Part shown: in pieces, positions 58,664 to 64,000 of the stretch
How positions within the stretch are numbered: the first letter of the stretch is position 1
Layout of the letters: each line of letters starts with the position of its first letter
DNA from: Thermoproteota archaeon
GTDB taxonomy: Archaea; Thermoproteota; Thermoprotei; Thermofilales; B9-G17
DNA length: 64,000 nucleotides
NCBI GenBank assembly: GCA_029258885.1
Contig: JAPDJW010000003.1
Location: forward strand, 32,001 to 96,000
Direction of reading: 5' to 3'
The notes under the pieces: generated by a model
Seen by the model: the letters and a program-made list of their open reading frames with translations, nothing else
What the model was told of the DNA's origin: nothing
Databases searched by the model: none
Position numbers and translations under genes: made by a program

Positions 58664-59788
58664 CTAGGTTTTAAGTACCACTATAGTTCCTTCCACATCG
58701 ATTGTGATTGGCTCGGATGGCTCGCATCCGTAGAACTGGCCTAGCATTTCGGGATACTCGACCGTAGAGGTTTCGGTTGTTCCCATAACTGTATCATCTA
58801 TTTTTGGTTTGAGAGCTTTAATTAAGGCTTCTAATGGGGCTGTGGATAGCCAGAAGCCTTTTGTTACCTTAGTAGTGCTTGTAGTTACTTTATCTCCGGA
58901 TTTTATGGTTGTAATTCGTGTGCCCGTTAATTCTCCTAGATACCATTCCCCATATCCCACATTAATATCGATTATGTGGCCTTGAGCATCAATTGTTATC
59001 TCAACGGTTGTTCCGAGGCTTTGCCCCTCGGGCATCCTATTTATATAGCCCTCTATAGTTATGTTTACTTCAGCGACGGTGCCCTTCTGCTGTGATACCT
59101 GATAGTAGAATTTGCGTGTATATGCCTTAGATACCTCTATTAGCTCGAGGATGCCTGAGTAGACGTCGCCGATTTCCGTTGATGATTTCTTTGTGAGGCA
59201 TAAACGGAAGGAGTAAATATAGTGTGTTGTAAAGCTGGAGGTATACGGTGCAATGTTCTGAAGTGTTCCGCTGGTCTCTCCGCTGAAGACTACATCTGCA
59301 TATATTGTAATATTCAGCCATGCTTTTGTTCCTGTACCTCCGCTGCCTCCCTGCCGTCCCTGATTATCCTGCCTCTGGGTTTCATTTAAGGTGCTGGGAG
59401 GTAAGCCTATAACCTTAATCTTAACCTTCTCCTCCTCATTCCCGTAAGCTACGGTTAGCTCCCCTTCCTCCTTCCCCAGTTTAGATATCTTCACTGTAAG
59501 CGTAGCGTTAGCATAGTCCCCCTTGTTTAAAGTCAAGTATTGGGGAGATACTGTGGCATTCGTAAGATTACTTACGGTTAAGCTCGCCACAACACCTCTG
59601 CCGCTTATACACTCCACCTTAACTTCCCTTGTAACAACGCTACCCACTGGACCCTTAATAACTATCTCTTGTGGGGATACCGTAAGGCTCCATTTTTCAG
59701 GAGGATTAAAAACCGTATAAATTAGCAGAATGGAGGCTACAGCACCTAAAACCACTAACCCTAACAATATTAGGATTAGCGGTTTCAT
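58664..59788 (-). CDS. Membrane-anchored extracellular protein with Ig-like domain and Gln/Gly linker
   Basis: Signal anchor, Ig-like strands, QRQDNQGRQGGSGGTGT linker, Thr-rich distal domain. Confidence 0.7.
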   Translation of the reverse strand: MKPLILILLGLVVLGAVASILLIYTVFNPPEKWSLTVSPQEIVIKGPVGSVVTREVKVECISGRGVVASLTVSNLTNATVSPQYLTLNKGDYANATLTVKISKLGKEEGELTVAYGNEEEKVKIKVIGLPPSTLNETQRQDNQGRQGGSGGTGTKAWLNITIYADVVFSGETSGTLQNIAPYTSSFTTHYIYSFRLCLTKKSSTEIGDVYSGILELIEVSKAYTRKFYYQVSQQKGTVAEVNITIEGYINRMPEGQSLGTTVEITIDAQGHIIDINVGYGEWYLGELTGTRITTIKSGDKVTTSTTKVTKGFWLSTAPLEALIKALKPKIDDTVMGTTETSTVEYPEMLGQFYGCEPSEPITIDVEGTIVVLKT

Positions 59789-60140
59789 TCCACCTTAATA
59801 AACTAAGCATCGATATATAAATTTTCATAACGCATTACCATTTTCTATACTACATTCCTATATTGGGTAAATCTAAAGAAAAGAATACCGAATGTTCTGC
59901 CAGTATTTAAGGAGTTTCTTGCTAATCTCGATGTGGACACATTAGTGACAAGGCATAAACATAATATAGTAAAAGTACAGTATGTTTATCTGTGTGCTTT
60001 CCTCTTCAACACATAGCCTAACCAAATTAAGCAATAGATGATGACATTGTACTTAAAGATCGTAATATCCCTTATATCAGCAAGCCTTAGATTCATTCGA
60101 TAGATGTAAACTTTTTAATCATAATTCCACTATTTTATTC

Positions 60141-61178
60141 ATGCGTTTCATAAGGATCTCCCAAAATTCGGGTTTGAAGGTTTCTATTATAAGCTTAGGG
60201 ACATGGCATTTACCGAGACTTCCTGAAAGAGATGAAGCTGGAGCATATAGAATAGATTTAGAAGAGTTTAGGAAGGTTCTGAAGTACGCCTATGATAATG
60301 GTGTAGTATTCATAGATACTGCTAACAGGTATCATGGAGGCATTTCACCAGTCCCCTTAACGCATGTTGGAAATGCTGAAAGAGTCCTGGGGAAAACAAT
60401 TAAGGATCTCGGGATAGATAGAGAGGAGCTCGTAATAGCTACTAAGGTTGCTGGAGAAATGTCTCCTGGACCTAACGGTAGAGGACTTAGTAGGAAGCAT
60501 ATCATGTGGCAAATTAGGGAAAGCCTGAGGAGGCTTCAAACGGATTACGTCGACATATACTATGCGCACATATACGACCCAGATGTGCCTAAAAGGGAGA
60601 CTATGTCAACATTTAACGATTTGGTGCATCAAGGCTTAGTCAGATATATTGGAATGAGCAATATTCCAGCTTATCACCTCGTTGAATACATCATGATCTC
60701 TGAGAAAGTAGGCTTCGAACCAATAACAGTACTGCAGTATAGATATAATATTTTATCGAGGGAGATAGAGAAGGAAATTATACCGATAGCTAAGCAGTTC
60801 GGCATAGGTATTGCAGCATATTCTCCCCTCTCTCAGGGAATTCTAGCTGGAAAATATATCGACTTCGAAAGCAAGAAGTGGATAATACCTCCACTTTCTA
60901 GGGGAACATACCAGAAATTCGATAGATTCTTTACAAAGGAGAACTTGGAGAAGATTCTAAGGTTAGCTGAGCTGGCCAAAGAGGAGGGACTAACACTACC
61001 ACAGCTAGCAATTGCATGGGTTATAAATATGGGGGAAAGGGTGTGGCATGTTCCCATAGTACCAATAGTAGGAGTTTCTAAACTAAAGCATATGGTAGAA
61101 GCAGTTGAGGCATCAGAAGTAAACTTAACATACGATGTACTCAAAGTAATAGATGAAATATCTCCTCCGCCAAGTTAA
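60141..61178 (+). CDS. Aldo/keto reductase
   Basis: LGTW, IDTANRY, ATKV, DYVDIYYAH, YSPLSQG. Confidence 0.95.
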   Translation: MRFIRISQNSGLKVSIISLGTWHLPRLPERDEAGAYRIDLEEFRKVLKYAYDNGVVFIDTANRYHGGISPVPLTHVGNAERVLGKTIKDLGIDREELVIATKVAGEMSPGPNGRGLSRKHIMWQIRESLRRLQTDYVDIYYAHIYDPDVPKRETMSTFNDLVHQGLVRYIGMSNIPAYHLVEYIMISEKVGFEPITVLQYRYNILSREIEKEIIPIAKQFGIGIAAYSPLSQGILAGKYIDFESKKWIIPPLSRGTYQKFDRFFTKENLEKILRLAELAKEEGLTLPQLAIAWVINMGERVWHVPIVPIVGVSKLKHMVEAVEASEVNLTYDVLKVIDEISPPPS

Positions 61179-61336
61179 TTTTCTTAGGATTATATACCGT
61201 CCCTAATCTAATACTAAGCTTACTGTAATAGTATGATGAAGACCTAATAGTGCCGTTACGTAGGTGCATCTTTTCACTGTAGTTTCATGAATGATCCAGC
61301 TAGCTTTCATCGAACGGTAGGAAAGCTTGTGAAGCC

Positions 61337-62188
61337 TTAGCCTAGAATCCTGCCTGCAATATCCTTGATTGTTTCGGGGAATATTCTCCTAGAATACTTT
61401 CTCTCCCACTCTACAACTTCTCTAGAGTTAATATCCATGGTTTCCCTTAGGCGTTTCCCTCTACCGCTACCGTATTCCTCTAAGACTTCCGAAACCCTAT
61501 TAGCTTCATCCCTTAAGCCAAGGTAGGCGAGGAGGTAACGTATCCTCCATAGGAGCGGTCTAAATACGAAGGCTGCATACTTCTCCTCTAACCTATAAAC
61601 CTCAAGCGAATTCTCGCCGTATTCTCCGGTAAATTTCTCCAGCAACCTATTGAACTCCTTAACTTTCAGTAAAGCCTCCTCAAGAACAGCCCTCAAGGTT
61701 TCATCCTTAATACCCCTAACACCGTAGCGTTCAAAATGCATAACTTCAACTGGACGCCTTTTCCCCGGATTCCTCTCCTCTATCCTCGGATAGCCAACAG
61801 GCACGATACAGTTCACCTTAACTTCATCCGGTATGCTCAGTATCTCCCTAACTGCATCCCTTTGGAAGGAGCCGACGATACATCCCTCTAAACCCATCAT
61901 ATGAGCCGCCAGCAGGAGGTTTTCCACTGCACAGGCAACGTTAAACTCCCTACCACCTATAAAAACAAAGATCACACCAGCCTCGCTAATAAATTCTTGA
62001 TTTAAAGAAATCTTCGCCAGCTTTCTCTTAACCTCGGGATCGGTAACTACGATAACCTCCCAGCATGCCATGTTACCGCCAGCAGGAGCCTGACAGGCAG
62101 CCCAAACAAGTTTCTCTATAATCTCCACAGGCAATCTTTCACGTTTAAACTTCCTACAACTTCTTCTCCCTTCCAATACCTCGAACAT
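61337..62188 (-). CDS. Nitroreductase family protein with C-terminal helical extension
   Basis: RRSCRKF, APAGGN, ENLLLAAH..GLEGC, VPVGYP. Confidence 0.92.
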   Translation of the reverse strand: MFEVLEGRRSCRKFKRERLPVEIIEKLVWAACQAPAGGNMACWEVIVVTDPEVKRKLAKISLNQEFISEAGVIFVFIGGREFNVACAVENLLLAAHMMGLEGCIVGSFQRDAVREILSIPDEVKVNCIVPVGYPRIEERNPGKRRPVEVMHFERYGVRGIKDETLRAVLEEALLKVKEFNRLLEKFTGEYGENSLEVYRLEEKYAAFVFRPLLWRIRYLLAYLGLRDEANRVSEVLEEYGSGRGKRLRETMDINSREVVEWERKYSRRIFPETIKDIAGRILG

Positions 62189-62286
62189 ACAATAATATAG
62201 GCTTAAGCTCTATTTATCTTCAAGCTTAAACCAAGACGCCTACTACATCGCCTTAAATCATCTAAGCTTTAAATCTAAGTTTTAGC

Positions 62287-62327
62287 TTCAATGCTTAGAC
62301 TAGTTTTCAATGCTAATATTTTTCAAT
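62287..62327. repeat. Tandem TTCAAT(GCT) half-sites upstream of the nitroreductase
   Basis: TTCAATGCT at 62287 and 62306, TTCAAT at 62322; reverse complement matches the GCATTGAA core at 41206-41267. Confidence 0.45.
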
Positions 62328-62421
62328 TTCACTCTACAGTTCTTTCTCTCGGAAAGCTCTGCCTAGAGAGAATCTCTATACTTAACGTGTCCTCCCGCCA
62401 TTGGAGATATTGACGTTTAAA

Positions 62422-62790
62422 TCATCCTTCAAGGATCCACTTTGCAATGTCTTCCAAGACCTTCCAGCAACATTCATCCATCCCAGCTAGCTCCTCCGAG
62501 ATATTAAAGGTAGAATACAAGCCGTGGTTTGCATATTCATATATAAGGATAGCCTTCCTTGTCTTAAGTCTTTTGTACAATTCCTTTGCTCCTTTATAGT
62601 CAACGACTACGTCTCTCCTCCCTTGAACTATGAGTGTTAGAACCTTTACCTTAGGTGCTATCTTTAACAGAAATTTTCCTGAAATCTCCCTAAGACCCAA
62701 AGCATTCCTTTTCACTTGATTTATCTCCTTTATTCTCGGATAGCCTATTAATATTAACCGTCCGTCCCCCTATGACCTACTATTTTAGAC
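62422..62790 (-). pseudogene. Alpha/beta hydrolase remnant (C-terminal part)
   Basis: IVQGRRDVVV...YEYANH acid/His motifs; frameshifted VGH upstream near 62775 without an intact GxSxG. Confidence 0.7.
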
Positions 62791-62912
62791 GAAGAGTATT
62801 CTTTAAACAAATCTTTCCTTGTTCCGAATTAGACACAGATATAATTATTTATGGTATCCTAAGGCTGCTATAGGCTTATAAGCGACTATATTTTATACTT
62901 AATGGTGCCTGA

Positions 62913-64000
62913 ATGTTCAATAAAACTCTGCTCACAGTAATAATTATAGTTCTTATATTACATATTCAACTGCTTCACGCCAAACCTAAGAGCTACAGTG
63001 TTATTATATTTAGAGTGTATGGTGCGCCAGGAAAAATTAAAGCTTCAATAAATATAGAGGGAATAGGGACCTATACGAATATTTCAACAAGCAAAGGAGT
63101 TTTATGCTTCTATATACCGGGAGGCTTTAAAGATAGAATATTATATGCTGAGCTAACTATTGAAGGTAAATGGTATATATCACTACATGGAGAGCCCACC
63201 TATACTAAAGTTTACATAGACGGTAGGCGTAGATGGATTAAAGAGTACCCTGAGGTTCTATATTTAATAAATATTAGCGATTATCCAAGGAATATTTCAA
63301 GGTACTATGTTAAGATCACCCTCATAAAGGATCAGGAATATTCGCTTAATGGAACCACATATACTTTTTATAGGGAAATAGAGTTACATCTTAGGAAGCC
63401 TAGGTTGTTTATAACTAAATCTGTACGCATTACTTTAGATAATCCATTTAGGATAAGGATATTCTTCAGGAATTTAATATTTAATTTAGATAATTCCGTA
63501 TTTGTATGTCCACCTGAAGCCCCTGAGGCTCAAGTCTTATTATCTATGAATGTTCCAGCCAGTTCGGGAACATATTCTGATGAGTACACTTTCAATGTAT
63601 CCTTAATCGACCTACCAACTTATGGAGGATTTTTCGATCTAAGAACATACCTAATTCGTAAGATAGGTAATATTATAGTTGAGAGATATGGGGAGATGGT
63701 CGGCTTAAGTAGGTTCTTAGGCGTAAGCGCAAAGGTATATGAGTATAAGTTACATGCTATTAAGGGTTTACTTAATGCATCATGTTATATGTCAAAGAGC
63801 GGTAGTCAAGGATTTAATACAGCTTTAACAAAGGCTGTTGCCATATACTTCGAGCTAAGAAGTAGCTTAAGACATGCTATGCTTCAATCTTTCCTTTATA
63901 TGCCTATGGTTATTGCCTGCATTTTTATTTTCTCTTCTATAATTTCAAAGATATTTATAGAGAAAAGAAGGTATATTGTTACTGCATTAGTTTTTATTGC
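62913..64000 (+). CDS. Large membrane/secreted protein, truncated by the window end
   Basis: Open frame from ATG 62913 (MFNKTLLTVIII...) to the window end; signal peptide, TM segments begin near the end; not in the ORF track. Confidence 0.8.
   Translation, partial: MFNKTLLTVIIIVLILHIQLLHAKPKSYSVIIFRVYGAPGKIKASINIEGIGTYTNISTSKGVLCFYIPGGFKDRILYAELTIEGKWYISLHGEPTYTKVYIDGRRRWIKEYPEVLYLINISDYPRNISRYYVKITLIKDQEYSLNGTTYTFYREIELHLRKPRLFITKSVRITLDNPFRIRIFFRNLIFNLDNSVFVCPPEAPEAQVLLSMNVPASSGTYSDEYTFNVSLIDLPTYGGFFDLRTYLIRKIGNIIVERYGEMVGLSRFLGVSAKVYEYKLHAIKGLLNASCYMSKSGSQGFNTALTKAVAIYFELRSSLRHAMLQSFLYMPMVIACIFIFSSIISKIFIEKRRYIVTALVFI

Noticed and set aside
60038-60110. C/D box sRNA from an ATGATGA C box (also 61233-61239)
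   Set aside because: No CTGA D box within about 60 nt downstream in either case
1-64000. tRNA, rRNA, transposase or integrase genes
   Set aside because: No T-loop (GTTCRAATC) in cloverleaf context in intergenic DNA, no rRNA-like tract, and no DDE, Y1 or tyrosine-recombinase motifs seen; a tRNAscan/Infernal run would be needed to exclude small RNAs fully

Overview
Gene-dense 64 kb chromosomal segment, most likely from a thermophilic archaeon of the TACK/Thermoproteota type. This is inferred from archease, archaeal VapBC and HEPN-MNT pairs, C-terminally anchored ABC binding proteins, TTTA(A/T)A promoters and GGTGA ribosome-binding sites. No rRNA, tRNA, CRISPR array, transposase or integrase could be supported. 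It holds about 70 CDS, including: an NfeD-stomatin pair; archease; NikR; three VapBC pairs, one HEPN-MNT pair and an orphan AbrB; two cluster A-I metal ABC transporters (one with a DtxR-family regulator, one containing FmdE and a GH12 glycosidase); TldD/TldE with a DUF59 protein; three transglutaminase-fold proteins; a radical SAM-HhH protein; class III RNR; TrmO; and several decayed gene remnants. The most unusual items are (i) a tandem pair of Zn-ribbon membrane proteins, the first apparently fused to a miniature SPFH domain, close to the NfeD/stomatin operon; (ii) a TtuA/NcsA paralog that has lost its ATP-binding PP-loop but keeps the three Fe-S cysteines, downstream of DUF711; (iii) an apparently intact GH12 inside a metal ABC operon; (iv) an unannotated PqqD/RRE-like pseudogene in front of an ABC exporter; (v) a class II amidotransferase fused to a winged helix. 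All family calls come from motif recognition by eye; no database searches were run.
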